NCBI GenBank assembly: GCA_963780705.1
Contig: CAWACU010000002.1
Coordinates: forward strand, 235,226-299,225
Direction of reading: 5' to 3'
Origin: an uncultured Actinomycetota bacterium
GTDB taxonomy: Bacteria; Actinomycetota; Actinomycetes; Mycobacteriales; Mycobacteriaceae
Length of the DNA stretch: 64,000 nucleotides
In this document: one piece after another, positions 1 through 13,700 of the stretch
Layout: each line of letters starts with the position of its first letter
Position numbering within the stretch: the first letter of the stretch is position 1
The notes under the pieces: model-generated
The model's database searches: none
The model's input: the letters and a program-made list of their open reading frames with translations, nothing else
What the model was told of the DNA's origin: nothing
Position numbers and translations under genes: made by a program

Positions 1-578
1 CGGCCGCCGGCACCGGTGGACTGGCGGCGTCGCTGCGGGAGGCGTTCGCCGACTTCGCCGAACTCGACGAACTGGTGTTGTTCATCGACGAGGTGGAGGA
101 GATCGCCACCGCGCGCGCCGGGGCGTCGACCGCCGAACTCGGGGTCACCAACGAACTGCTCAAACTGATCCCGGCTTTCCGCCAGCACGACAGCCGGCTG
201 CTGGTGTGTGCCACCAACGCCGTGCACTCGCTGGACTCGGCGTTCCTGCGGCCCGGCCGGTTCGACTACGTGATCCCGGTCGGCCCGCCCGATCAGCCGG
301 CCCGCAGGGCGATCTGGCTGCGCTACCTCGGCGCGGCCGGTGCCGGTATCGACGTCGACCGTCTGGTGACCGCCTCGGAGCTGTTCACCCCCGCCGATAT
401 CGAGTTCGCCGCCCGCAAGGGCTCGCAGGCGGCGTTCGAGCGGGAGATCCGCGAGCCGGCCGGCCGCCCCGCCGTCACCGAGGACTTCCTGAGCGCCATC
501 GAGCAGATCCGGCCGACGCTGACCCCGGACATGCTGGCCGAGTTCGAGCGCGGCAAGGAGGACTTCGCCCGCCTCTGA
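1..578 (+). CDS. AAA+ ATPase, C-terminal part (5' end outside window)
   Basis: Walker B LFIDEVEE; sensor/SRH motif ATNAVHSLDSAFLRPGRFD. Confidence 0.85.
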   Translation, partial: AAGTGGLAASLREAFADFAELDELVLFIDEVEEIATARAGASTAELGVTNELLKLIPAFRQHDSRLLVCATNAVHSLDSAFLRPGRFDYVIPVGPPDQPARRAIWLRYLGAAGAGIDVDRLVTASELFTPADIEFAARKGSQAAFEREIREPAGRPAVTEDFLSAIEQIRPTLTPDMLAEFERGKEDFARL

Positions 579-649
579 CCGCGCTTATGCGGAAGTCGAG
601 TTCGTCAGTTACACTTCGTCTAAGACGGATCGACTGAGGGGTGTGTGTG

Positions 650-1655
650 GTGGAAGTTCAACTGGTGGTGCCGCTGTGGGGCTGGATCGCGCTGACGGTC
701 GCGATCGTCGCCATGCTCGCCGTCGACCTGTTCCTGCACCGCGACAACCACGTGATCGAGCTTCCAAGAGGCCGCGATCTGGTCGGCGATCTGGATCGCC
801 GCCGGGCTGGGATTCGGCCTGATCATGTGGTGGGCCTACGGCGGCGACGTCGCCGGGGTCTACTACGCCGGGTACCTGATCGAGAAGGCGCTGTCGGTGG
901 ACAACGTCTTCGTCTTCGCGTTGATCTTCACCTACTTCGCGGTGCCCGGACCGGTACCAGCACAAGGTGCTGTTCTGGGGCGTCATCGGTGCGCTGGTGT
1001 TCCGGCTGGTGTTCATCTTCGTCGGGGCCGAACTGCTCGAGACGTTCTTCTGGACCGCGTACCTGTTCGGGGCGTTCCTGATCTACACCGCTTACAAGAT
1101 GGCCGTTCAAGCACGACCAGGACATGGACCCGGAGAAGAACTTCGCTGGTCCGCCTGGTCCGCCGGTTCGTGCCGACGATCAGCGAGCTACGACGAGGGC
1201 CGCTTCTTCACCCGCGTGACGGCAAGAGGGTCGCCACCATGCTGTTCGTGGTGCTGGTCGCGGTCGAGGCCACCGACCTGATCTTCGCGATCGACTCGGT
1301 GGCGGCCGTCCTGGCCATCACCACCAGCACCTTCATCGTGTGGACCGCGAACGCGTTCGCGGTGCTCGGTCTGCGCAGCCTGTACTTCTGCCTGGCCGGG
1401 CTGATGCGCCGCTTCGTCCACCTGCATTACGGCTTGGCGGTGCTGCTCGGCTTCGCCGGGGTCAAGCTCATCCTGTCCGAGACCCCGATCGGCAAGCTGC
1501 CCATCCCGGTGACCCTCGGCGTGATCGTCGTCACCCTCGCGGTGTCGATCGTCTGGAGCCTGGTGGCGACAAAGGATCAACCCACGGGTGGTCAGAAGGC
1601 CGGCGTGCCCGACACGGTCGCGGGGGACAACCCGCGAACCGGTTTACATGAATGA
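650..1655 (+). CDS. TerC/Alx family membrane protein (frameshifted)
   Basis: Motifs [33 protein letters not shown] and [14 protein letters not shown] spread over three frames. Confidence 0.88.
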
Positions 1656-1677
1656 GGAAGGTGGTACAACTGTGGCC

Positions 1678-1999
1678 ATGGCAGACACGCGGCGGAATCT
1701 GCGGGTCGCGCCGGCGCGGCCGGCGCCGGTCCGCGGGTGGACCTTTCTCACCAACCATGCCCATGTGCTGTTGTGCCTGGCGGGCGGCGAGGCGCTGACG
1801 GCCCGCGAGCTCGGAGCGCGCATCGGGATCACCGAACGCGCGGTGCAGGTGATCCTGGCCGACCTGACCGACGGCGGTTACCTCGACAAGAAGAAAGAGG
1901 GCCGGCGCAACACCTACACGGTGAATCGGCGCAGGGCGGCTTCGCCATCCGCTGGAGGCCCACCACACCGTCGGCGAACTCATCACCGCTCTGGACTGA
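1678..1999 (+). CDS. Small winged-helix transcriptional regulator (frameshifted near C-terminus)
   Basis: [14 protein letters not shown]...[23 protein letters not shown]...GRRNTYTVN; RHPLE tail in the next frame. Confidence 0.8.
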
Positions 2000-2109
2000 T
2001 ACGGCTCTTACCGCCCCGTGACGATCCGGTAGCACCGGTATGGCGGGCCTCGCCGCGCGGTAACGTCAGTCTCCGGGCACGCGTCGACCCACCCAGCTCA
2101 GGAGACCCC

Positions 2110-4277
2110 ATGCCGATCGCACTCACCGACGACCACCGCGAACTCGGCGACGTCGCCCGCTCGTTCCTCACCGCACAGAAGGCGCGGTGGGCGGCGCGTG
2201 AACTGCTCGACGCCGACGAGGAGACCCGACCGCCGTTCTGGCACGAACTGGCCGGTCTCGGCTGGCTCGGTCTGCACGTCGACGAGGCCTACGGCGGGTC
2301 GGGCTTCGGCCTGCCCGAACTCGTGGTGGTCATCGACGAACTGGGCCGGGCGGTGGCACCGGGTCCGTTCGTGCCGACGGTGGTGGTGTCCGCGGTGCTC
2401 GGACGCGGTCGGCACCGACGAGCAGAAGGCCCGGCTGCTGCCCGGCCTGATCGACGGAACTCGCACCGGCGCAGTCGGTTTCGGCGGTGACGTCACCGTC
2501 TCCGGCGGTACGGCCACCGGTGACGCCGGGGTGGTGCTCGGCGCCGGACTGGCCGACGTGCTGCTGCGTGACCGCCGGTGACGATGTGTCGTGGTGGAAC
2601 GCGGCGCCGACGGTGTCGTCGGTGGAGGTACCCGGGCAACCTCGACCGCACGCGGCGCTCCGGGCGGGTCCGCCTTGACGCCGCCGCCGTCGACGTACTT
2701 GCCGGGTGCGCGGGCGGCCGCACTGGCCCGCGCCCGCACCCTGTTCGCCGCCGAGGCGGTCGGCGGGGCGTCGGACTGCGTGGATACCGCCGTCGAGTAC
2801 GCCAAGGTGCGCGAGCAGTTCGGCCGCACCATCGCCACCTTCCAGGCGGTCAAGCACCACTGCGCCAACATGCTGGTGGCCGCCGAGTCCGCGGTGGCGA
2901 CGGTGTGGGATGCCGCGCGGGCCGCGGAGGAGGATGAGGAGCAGTTCCGGCTCGCCGCCGCGACCGCCGCGACGCTGGCCTTCCGCGCCTACGTGCGCAA
3001 CGCCGAACTGAACATTCAGGTGCATGGCGGGATCGGGTTCACCTGGGAGCACGATGCGCACCTGCATCTGCGCCGCGCGCTGACGCGTGGCGGCACTGCT
3101 CGGCGGCGACGGGCCGGCCACCGACGTCTTCGACCCTCACCGCGGGCGGGTCGCACCCGCGCCAACAGCCTGGACCTGCCGCCCGAGGCCGAGGCGATGC
3201 GCGCCGAGATCCGCGAGCGAGGCACAGCGGATCGCCGCGCTGGACGAGAAGGCGCAACTCGACGAACTGATCGCCACCGGCTATCTGATGCCGCACTGGC
3301 CCAAGCCGTGGGGCCGCGCCGCCGGAGCGGTGGAGCAGTTGCTGGTCGAGGAGGAGTTCGCCGCGGCGGCGGTCAAGAAGCCCGACTACGGCATCACCGG
3401 CTGGGTGATCCTCACCCTCATCCAGCACGGAACACCTTCGCAGATCGAGCGATTCGTGGAGAAGGCGCTGCGCAAGGACGAGATCTGGTGCCAGCTGTTC
3501 TCCGAGCCGTCCGCCGGGTCGGACGCCGCGGCGGTCAAGACCCGGGCCACCCGGGTCGACGGCGGCTGGAAGATCAACGGCCAGAAGGTGTGGACCAGCG
3601 GTGCGCATTACTGCCAGCGCGGGCTGGCCACCGTGCGTACCGACTTCGACGGTCCCAAGCACGCCGGCATCACCATGGTGATCCTCGATATGAACGCACC
3701 CGGGGTGGAGGTCCGGCCGCTGCGCCAGATCACCGGCGGAGTCGGATTTCAACGAGGTGTTCTTCAACGATGTGTTCGTCCCCGACGAGGACGTCGTCGG
3801 CGAGCCGAATGCCGGCTGGACCGTGGCCCGCGCCACCCTGGGTAATGAGCGGGTCAGCATCGGCGGCGGCACCGGTGGCGTCGCGACCGCCACCGCCTGG
3901 CTGGTAGACCTGGCACCAAGACGCAACGGCGACAGGTGATCGGCGCGGCGCAGCGGATCGGTCGCTTCCTCGCCGAAGGCGACGCCCTGCGGTTGCTCAA
4001 CCTCCGCAGCGCCGCGCGCAGCATCGAAGGAGCCGGCCCGGGCCCCGAGGGCAACATCACCAAGCTCAAACTGGCCGACCACTTCGGCGAGCAGGGTGCG
4101 ATCGCGGCTGCGCTGGTCGGGCCGGACCTGGCGCTCGAGGGCGGCGAGGCTGCGCTGGCGGCCAGGGCGGCGATGGGCGCGCGCGGCATGGCGATCGCCG
4201 GCGGCACCTCGGAGATCGCCCGCAACCAGATCGCCGAGCGGATCCTGGGGATGCCGCGTGACCCGCTGATCAAGTAG
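2110..4277 (+). CDS. fadE22: Two-domain acyl-CoA dehydrogenase, FadE22-like (frameshifted)
   Basis: [12 protein letters not shown] start; [59 protein letters not shown]; synteny with cyp136. Confidence 0.85.
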
Positions 4278-4340
4278 CAGGTACGTCCCGTCCCGTGGGG
4301 TGAAGTCGCCCCGGCGGCGCCGATAGGGGAAAATGGGCAA

Positions 4341-6488
4341 ATGTCTGTCGGGGGCGCGGTGTCATTGGTGCGGTCGGGCCCCCAGGTCCGCTCGGCTGTC
4401 GTCGTGCTCGCCGTCTTCCTGGCGTTCACCGCCGGGGCGGTGGCGTCCTGGGAATCCTTCGGGTCGACCGTGGGTCCGTCGTTCTTCTATCCCTCGGCAG
4501 GGGTGACGGCCGCCGCGCTGATGCTGACCCGGCGCTCGCTGTGGCCGGCGATCGCCGTCGCTGTCGTCGCCGCCGAGTTGCTGGTCGACACCCTCTACGG
4601 CAACCCGGTCGGCCTGTCGGTGGCGTTCGCGGTGTCCAATGTGGTGGAACCGGTCGTCGGGGCGTCGATCGTGCTGGCCTGGTGCGGTGGCCGGCCGGAT
4701 TTGAGCAAGCGCCACGACTTCATCGCATTCCTGCTGGGCGCCTGTGTGGCCGGGCCGTTCGGTCGGAGGCCTGATCGGCGGCAGCGCCAGTGCGATCAAC
4801 TCCGGTGCACACTGGCTGGGCACCGCGGTGACGTGGTCGTCCGGCGATGCGCTCGGTGTTCTGGTGGTGGCCTCACCGATTCTGCTCTGGAGCGCGCAGT
4901 CCCATGTTCTGCGCAAGCGGCCGTGGGAAACGGCGGCCATGCTGCTGATCACCGCGGCGCTGTCGGTGGCCACCTTCTGGGTGCGAGGCGCCTCCGTCTC
5001 TGCTGCTGCTGCCCGTCCTCGCGCTCGGCGGCGTTCCGGCTCAACATGCTCGGCGCCGCATTGACCGGTGCGGTGGCCGCGTTCCTGGGCAACATCATGA
5101 CCGACCCGCGGGCAGGGACTGTTCGCGAGCTACGACATTTCGCAGTCCGCCCGGGTGGCCCTCACCCAGGCATTCATCGCGATGATCGTGGTGGTCGCGA
5201 TGCTCATCGCCCAGGAGGCCGCCGCCCGGCTCAGTGCTCAGCGCGAACGCGAGGTCGAGCACCGTGCAGCGGTGCGGCTGGAGACGCTGGCGTGGCTGGC
5301 CCAGCAGTTGTTCATCGCGCTGACGCCCCGCGACATCGGACAGGCGCTGGAGAGCCACGTGCTGAACGAGGCCGGCGCCAGTGGGCTGATCGCTGGGCCT
5401 GGTGAGCTCGGATGGCCGGCACCCTGGAGTGGGTCACCGCGTCCGGATACCCGCCGTCGATGGTCGACGAATTCGGCCGCGGGATCGATCTGAGCGAACG
5501 ATGCGTGGCCGCCGATGTGATCCGACTCGGCAATCCGATCGTCATCCGCACGGCATCGGAGTACACCGACGCCTACCCCGACAGGGCGCACTGGCTGACG
5601 GTGGCCGGCATCGAGTCATGGTGGGCTGGCCGCTGACCTCCGGTGGCGACCCGTTCGGCACGCTGCAGTTGGTCTGGTCCGACCCCCAGCCGCTGGACAC
5701 CACGCAGCTGGCCTATATCTCGGCGGTGGCCTCGATGGTGAGTCAGGCGCTGGTGCGGGCCCGCGTCTACGCCGACGAGCACTCGCGGGCGGCGGTGCTG
5801 CATTCGGTGGCGCAGCCGGTCGCCGCGGTCGAGGTGGTCGGACTGGAGTACCGGGCGCTGTACGAACCCGACGATGCCACCCACGGGCTCGGCGGCGACT
5901 GGTACAGCGTCATGCCACTTGCCGGCGACCGCACCTACCTGTCCGTCGGCGACGTCATCGGTCACGGCCTCATGGCGGTGGAGGACATGGCGCAGTTGCG
6001 CAGCACCGGCAACGCCTACGCCTATCAGGGTCTGCGGCCGGCGCATCTGCTCTCGGATCTGAATCGCTTTGCCGGCGCATTCATCCGCGGCGAGTTCGCC
6101 ACCACTTTGGTCGCGATCTTCGATCCGGCGACGCAGTCACTGTCCTACAGTTCGGCCGGACACCCGCCCGCCCTGCTGCGCCGGGCCGATACCGGAGAGG
6201 TGATCCGGCTGTCTGCCGAAGGTCCGGTGCTGGGCCCGTTCGCCGACTCCGTGTACGGCGAGCAGCACGGTGACGTTGCACCCCGGCGACGTCGTGGTGA
6301 TGTACACCGACGGTCTGGTGGAGCACCACGGCCACAACGTGCAGGCGGGCATCGCGCATCTGGAGCAGGTGATCACCGCTTGGCCGCCGGATGCCCTGCT
6401 GGACTGCGAAGCGCTGGCCGAGGCCGTGGCGCCCGCCCCCCATGCCGACGACATCTGTCTGCTGATGGTCCGCGTCGCCGGCGCCTGA
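4341..6488 (+). CDS. MASE1-GAF-SpoIIE (PP2C/RsbU-like) membrane phosphatase, copy 1 (frameshifted)
   Basis: MASE1-like FFYPSAGV and GDALGVLVVASPIL; PP2C motifs GGDWY, VGDVIGHG, SAGHPP, YTDGLVE, DDICLL. Confidence 0.85.
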
Positions 6489-6541
6489 GGGCGTTGACGG
6501 CTTCGACGGCACCGCTGACGACGGTGTCGTTAGTCTGGAAT

Positions 6542-8786
6542 GTGAGTCTTTCTGGGGGAGGGACGAAAGGCGCTACCTCGCGGCCGTTTTCGCCGACCCG
6601 ATCCGACGGATCGTCGGTAAGGGCTCCGGAGTTGCTCGGCCAGGCCACTGGATTGTTCGCCGTCGTCTTCCTCGTCTACATCGCCTTCGCGGTGCTGTCC
6701 TGGGAGTCCTTCGGCGCCACGATCGGGCCGGCCTTCTTCCCGTCGGCCGGGGTGACCGTCGCGGCCATGCTGCTGACCCGCCGCGCGCTGTGGCCCGCCG
6801 TGGTGCTGGCGATCGTGCTCGGCGAACTGCTGGTTGACCTCTACTACGGCGACGAGCCTGATCACCGCGGCCGGATACGTGACCGCCAATGTGGTGGAAC
6901 CGCTGATCGGCGCCTCGCTGGTGCTTGCCTGGTGCGGGGGTTCCCCGGATCTGCGCCGCCGCCGCGATCTGACGGCGTTCCTCGTCGGTGCCTGCCTGAT
7001 CGCCCCCTGGTGGGCGGGCTGATCGGCGGTAGGGTGACAGCGCGCACCAACGACGGCACCTGGCCGGCTGATGTGGCGCACTGGGCGGCCGGCGACGGAA
7101 TCGGTGTCCTGGTAGTGGCGGCGCCGATTCTGCTGTGGTCCAAGCAGTTCCAACTCCTGCGGCAGTCGCCCGGGGGAGACCGCCGCGATGCTGGCGGCGA
7201 CCGCTCTGGTGTCGACTCATCGCCTTTGGCACCGACTGGCCGCCGTCGCTGCTGATCCTGCCGGTGCTGGCGTGGGCGGCATTCCGGCTCAACATGATCG
7301 GCGCTTCGCTGGCCGGTGTCGTCATCGCGTTCATCGCCAACCTGTTGACCCGGCACGGGTACGGATTGCTGCGTGACTCGGGACTTCCCGCGCCGACACG
7401 GCTGGCGCTGACCCAGGTGTTCATCGCGGTGATCGTGGTGGTCGGACTGCTGATCGCCCAGGAGGTGTGGGGCCGCAGCGTGGCGGTGCAGGCGCGCGAA
7501 TCCGAACGCCGCGAGCGGCTGCGACTGGAGGCGTTGTCCGGCCTGGCCCAGCAGTTCTCGGCGGCGTTCACCCCGCCGGACATCGGCAAGGCACTGGCGG
7601 ATCGGGTGCTCAATGACGCCGGCGCGACGGCCGCCAACCTCGGCCTGCTCAGCGCCGACGGCCAGGTGCTGGAGTGGGTGGTCATGGAGGGCTACCCGGC
7701 GGGGGTGATCGACGAGTACGCCGGCGGTGTTGCGATGAGCGAGCGGACCGTCGCCACCGACTCGGTGCGCAACGGCCGTCCGACGCTCATCTACAGCGCC
7801 GCCGAGTACGCCGAGCGGTACCGCGTCCAAGGTGCTCTGGCTGGAACTCAGCGGGGCGCAGACGGTGGTGGGCTGGCCGTTGACGGCGGGCGGGAAACCC
7901 ATCGGCGCTTTGCTTCTGGCGTGGATGGAGCGACAGCCGCTGAACGCGTCGCAGCTGTCCTACATCGCGGCGGTCGCCACCATGGTGGAACAGGCTCTGG
8001 TGCGGGCGAGGATCTACTCCGACGAGTACGCCCGCGCGAAGGTGCTGCAGTCGGCGGTGTTGCCCGGGGGCCCGGGCGACGCGATCGGCATGGACGTCTG
8101 CGTCACCTACGAGCCGGCCGACGTCGTGCAGGGACTCGGCGGCGACTGGTACGACGTCATGCGGCTACCGCACGACCGCACCTACCTCGCGGTTGGCGAT
8201 GTCGTCGGCCACGGACTGCAGGCCGTCGAGGACATGGCGCAGCTGCGCAGCGCGGGGCGCGCGATGGCGCACCAGGGTCTGTCGCCGGCCCAACTGCTCG
8301 GCGAACTCAACGGATTCACCCGCGACGCCAGCAAGGGCAAGTTCGCCACCATGGCGGTGGCGGTGTTCGATCCGGACAGCGCCACACTGACCTACGGCTC
8401 CGCCGGACATCCGCCGCCGCTGCTGCGCCGGGCCGCCACCGGTGAGGTGATCCGGCTCTCCGAGGCCGGCGGCCCGGTGCTCGGTCCGCTGGACGATGTC
8501 AGCTACATCGAGGGCTGCTTGCGCATCGAGCCCGGCGACATCCTGGTGCTGTACACCGATGGACTGGTCGAACGCCGGGGGATGGACCTCGAGGCCGGCA
8601 TCGCCCGGGCACAGCACCATCATCGCCGGGTGGGACACCGGCAGCGCGATGGCCGGCAGATGTGAACTGCTCGGGCAGTCTCTTGCGCCGCGGCCACGCG
8701 CCGACGACGTCTGCATCATCGCGGTGCGCTTCGCCGGGCAGCCCGCTGTTGTCTCCGACGCGTCGGCAGCCGCCTCAGCGGGGTGA
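6542..8786 (+). CDS. MASE1-GAF-SpoIIE membrane phosphatase, copy 2 (frameshifted)
   Basis: Paralogue of the preceding gene: [41 protein letters not shown]; TAGTCT -10 element just upstream of GTG. Confidence 0.85.
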
Positions 8787-9556
8787 GGCGAACGCCGCGC
8801 AGCCAGTCGAACCAGGCGGCCATGCCCTCGCCGGTGCGGGCGCTGACCGGCAGGATCGTCGCCGTCGGGATTGACCTGCCGCACCCGCTCGACATAGGTG
8901 TTCGACGTCGGCGTCGAGGTGCGGTACCAGGTCGATCTTGTTGAGCAGCACCACATCCACCGAGCGGAACATCACCGGATACTTCAGCGGCTTGTCCTCG
9001 CCCTCGGTCACCGAGTACACCATGGCCTTGGCGTGCTCGCCGACGTCGAATTCCGCCGGGCACACCAGGTTTCCGACGTTCTCGATGACCACCAGGTCCA
9101 GCGGTTCCAGATTCAGTCCGGCCAGTGCGCGGGTGACCATCGGGGCGTCGAGATGGCATTCGCCGCCGAAGCCGTTGCAGGTGTTCAGCAGCGAGATCTG
9201 CGCGCCGCGGCCGCCGAGCGTTGGCGGCGTCGATATCGGTGGCGATGTCACCCTCGATGATGCCGACCGCGATCTCGGCGGCCAGTTCGTCGAGGGTGGC
9301 CGCCAGCACGGTGGTCTTGCCCGAACCGGGCGAGCTCATCAGGTTCAGCGCCCGGATGCCGTTGTCGTCGAACGCTTTCCGGTTGACCTCGGCCCGGTTG
9401 TCGTTCTCGGCGAAGATCGCCTCGAGGACCTCGATGCGTTCGGTGCCGGTGGCGTACCCGCTGTGGTCGCCGTGACCGCTCGTGGTCGTGGTGGTCGTGG
9501 TGGTCGTGGTCGTGGCTGTGCTCGGTGCCGTCGTCGTGGCGGTGGAATCGACCCAT
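8775..9556 (-). CDS. hypB: Hydrogenase nickel incorporation GTPase HypB with His-rich N-terminus (frameshifted)
   Basis: [10 protein letters not shown]-loop, [30 protein letters not shown]; N-terminus [25 protein letters not shown]. Confidence 0.93.
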
Positions 9557-9570
9557 CTGCTCGCTTTCTC

Positions 9571-9660
9571 CTCACGTGACGTCCGCGGACGTCACCAGCT
9601 TCTTACGTGACGTCCACGGAGTCACCTGCTTCTTACGTGACGTCCACAGACGTCACCAGG
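9571..9660. repeat. Three diverged ~30-bp tandem copies of the hypA 3' end
   Basis: ctcacgtgacgtccgcggacgtcaccagct / tcttacgtgacgtccacggagtcacctgct / tcttacgtgacgtccacagacgtcaccagg. Confidence 0.9.
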
Positions 9661-9969
9661 AACTCCTCGCCGCGGACCACTGAGACGTCGGCGCTGTTGC
9701 ACTGCGGGCAGGCGACCGAGAACCGTGAGGCGATCTGCGACTGCGCTCCGCATCCGCGGCAGGCCACCTCCGCGGGCACCAGCTCCAGTTCCAGTTCCGC
9801 CTCGGCCATGTCCTCGTGGTCGCGCACCAGCGTCCAGCAGAACGACAGCGACTCGGGAACCACCTGGCGCAGTGCGCCCACCTGCACTCGCACCACATCC
9901 ACGCGGCGGCCCGGCGGCGTGCGGTTTGACCACGCCGGCGATCGCCTGGCACAGCGACAACTCGTGCAT
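9633..9969 (-). CDS. hypA: Hydrogenase maturation nickel metallochaperone HypA (frameshifted)
   Basis: MHELSLC start; two CxxC motifs (CRGC, CPQC); GEEFLVTSVDV end. Confidence 0.93.
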
Positions 9970-9990
9970 CGCCGCAACCCTACGACTAGC

Positions 9991-12360
9991 GTGACGGTCG
10001 TGGCAGTGCGGGTTCGCCTCGACATCACCGGTGTGGTGCAGGGGGTGGGATTCCGCCCCGCCGTCGCCCGGATCGCCGCCGAGTACGGCCTGGCCGGGTG
10101 GGTCTACAACGACGCCGGCTCGGTGCACTGCGAGTTCGAAGGACCTCCCGACGCACGTCGACGTCGGCGGTCTCGGCGCTGCGCGAGGCGCCCGCCGCCG
10201 ATGGCGCGGATCGACACGCTGGACCCTGACCGACGTGCGAGCCGCTGCGGTGCGCGCCGGCTTCGAGATCATCGCCAGCCAAGCCGCCGACGACCGGGCG
10301 CACCCTGGTGCCGCCGGACATCGCGGTCTGCGCGGACTGCCTTCGCGAGATGCGCGACCCGGCCGACCGCCGGTTCGGCCATCCCGTTCATCACCTGCAC
10401 CAACTGCGGGCCGCGCTACACCGTCATCACCGACCTGCCGTATGACCGGCCGGCCACCACCATGGCGCGCTTCGCCGATGTGCGCGGCGTGCGCGGCGGA
10501 GTATCACGACCCGCTCGACCGGCGCTACCACGCGCAGACCATCGCCTGCCCGGACTGCGGGCCGAGACTGTCCTGGTCCCGGGGCTGGGCGCGGCGATCC
10601 GACGACCCGATCGGCTGCGGCCGGCGACGCGCTGCTGGCCGGGAAGGTGTTGGCGATCAAGGGGATCGGCGGTTTCCACCTGGCCTGCCGCGCCGACGAC
10701 GACTGCCGTCGTGAACCTGCTGCGGCACGCGAAAGAACCGGCCCGCCAAGCCGTTTGCGGTGATGGTCGCCGACCTCGACGCCGCCCGGGGGATCGCCGA
10801 GATCGACGACGCCGCCGCCGCATCGCGCTCGAGTTCGCCGGCGGCGCCGATCGTGCTGGTGCCCCGTCACGGCACCGGAGTCAGCGAGGCGGTCGCACCC
10901 GGACTGGCGACCTGGGCGTGATGCTGGCCTACTCGCCGGTGCACCACCAGATCTTCGACCGTCTCCCGAGCCGGCATGCCGCTGGTGATGACCTCGGCCA
11001 ACCAGGGCGGCTCACCGATCGTCTACCGCGACGAGGACTCTTGGAGCTGGATCGACGGGCCTGGCCGATGCCGTGCTCACCCACGACCGGCCCGATCGAC
11101 GTTCCGTGCGAGGACTCCGTCGTCACCCTCGACGACGAGGGTGCGGAGGTGCCGCTGCGGCGGTCGCGGGGCTACGCGCCGCTGCCGGTGACGGTGTCGG
11201 TGCCGCTCGAGGAGACGATCCTGGCCACCGGCGGTGATCTGAAGACCACCTTCTGTCTGATGGGGCCGGGCTGATGGGCCGGGGCAGGCCGGGCACGCGC
11301 ACCTCTCCTCGCACCTCGGCGATATGGCCGACCCGCGCACCCAGGTCTGCTTCGACCGCGGCACTGGAGCACCTGGCGTTCATGACCGGTCAGCAGCCGG
11401 CCGTGATCGCCTGCGACATGCACCCCGGCTACGCCACCACCGCCTGGGCGCGCCGCAACGCCGCACGGCCGCCCGGTGATCGCCGTCCAGCACCACCACG
11501 CCCACGCCGTCTCGCTGCTGGCCGACCATCGGCGGCTGGACACCCCGATCATCGCGGTCACCTACGACGGCACCGGCTACGGCACCGACGGCACCATCTG
11601 GGGCGGGGAACTGCTGGCCATCGCCGACCCGGCGGAGTTCAGCCGGGTCGGGCACCTCGCGCCGTTCGCGCTGCCCGGCGGCGACGGCGCGGTGCGCCAG
11701 CCCGCCCGCATCGCGCTGGACCTGCTGAACCGGGCCGGCATCGACTGGGAGCCGACGACCTGCCGCCGGTCGCCGCGGTCGGCGAGGCCGGCCTGCACGT
11801 GCTGGCCCAGCAGATCCCGCGCGGGGTCGGCTGCGTGCCGACCACCAGCATGGGCCGGCTGTTCGACGCGGTCGCCAGCCTGCTCGGGGTCTGCCAGCAG
11901 GTCAGCTACGAGGGGCAGGCGGCGATCGAACTCGAGCACCTGGCCCGGGCCGGCCGGCCGGTCCGGCTCGATCTCGACGTTCGCCGTCGCCGACGGACGT
12001 GCTGGACCCGGCCCCGGTGATCGCCGGGCTGGTCGAGGGCTTGCGGGCCGGCGTCGACGCGGCCGATCTGGCCGCCGGATTCCATCAGGCCGTGGTCCGG
12101 GCGACCGCCCGGGCGGTCCGGCACTGTGCCGGTTCGGCCGGGCTGTCGGTCGTCGGGCTCACCGGCGGGGTGTTCGCCAATCGCTACTGCTGCAGGGTCT
12201 TCGGCAATCTCTGACCAAGCGCGGCTATGAGGTGCTGACGCACCGTATCGTTCCGTGTAACGACGGCGGTCTGGCGCTCGGCCAGGCCACCATCGCCGCC
12301 GCGCAGCATCGGCGAGCAGAAAGGACAGGCGCATGTGCCTCGGAATCCCCGGCAAGGTGA
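9991..12360 (+). CDS. hypF: Carbamoyltransferase HypF (multiple frameshifts)
   Basis: [68 protein letters not shown]. Confidence 0.92.
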
Positions 12361-12591
12361 TCGAGATCTGGGAGGAGTCGGGCACCCGGATGTCGACCGT
12401 CGACTTCGGCGGCACCACCAAGACGGTCTGCCTGGCCTACCTGCCGGACATGGAGATCGGCGAGTACACCATCGTGCACGCCGGTTTCGCGATCACCCGC
12501 CTCGATGAGGCCTCGGCCAACGAGACCCTGCAGATGTTCGCCGATCTGGGCATCCTCGAAGAGGAACTGGGCGGTTCTGGAGTCACGCGGC

Positions 12592-12595
<4 letters not shown>
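12333..12595 (+). CDS. hypC: Hydrogenase maturation chaperone HypC
   Basis: MCLGIPGKV...VDFGG...IVHAGFAI. Confidence 0.92.

Positions 12596-13692
<1,097 letters not shown>

Positions 13693-13700
<8 letters not shown>

Noticed and set aside
579-650. yybP-ykoY manganese riboswitch before TerC
   Set aside because: The gap is too short and no recognisable structure is present
9571-9660. 30-bp repeats as CRISPR or attachment sites
   Set aside because: No spacers or integrase; the unit is the hypA coding 3' end
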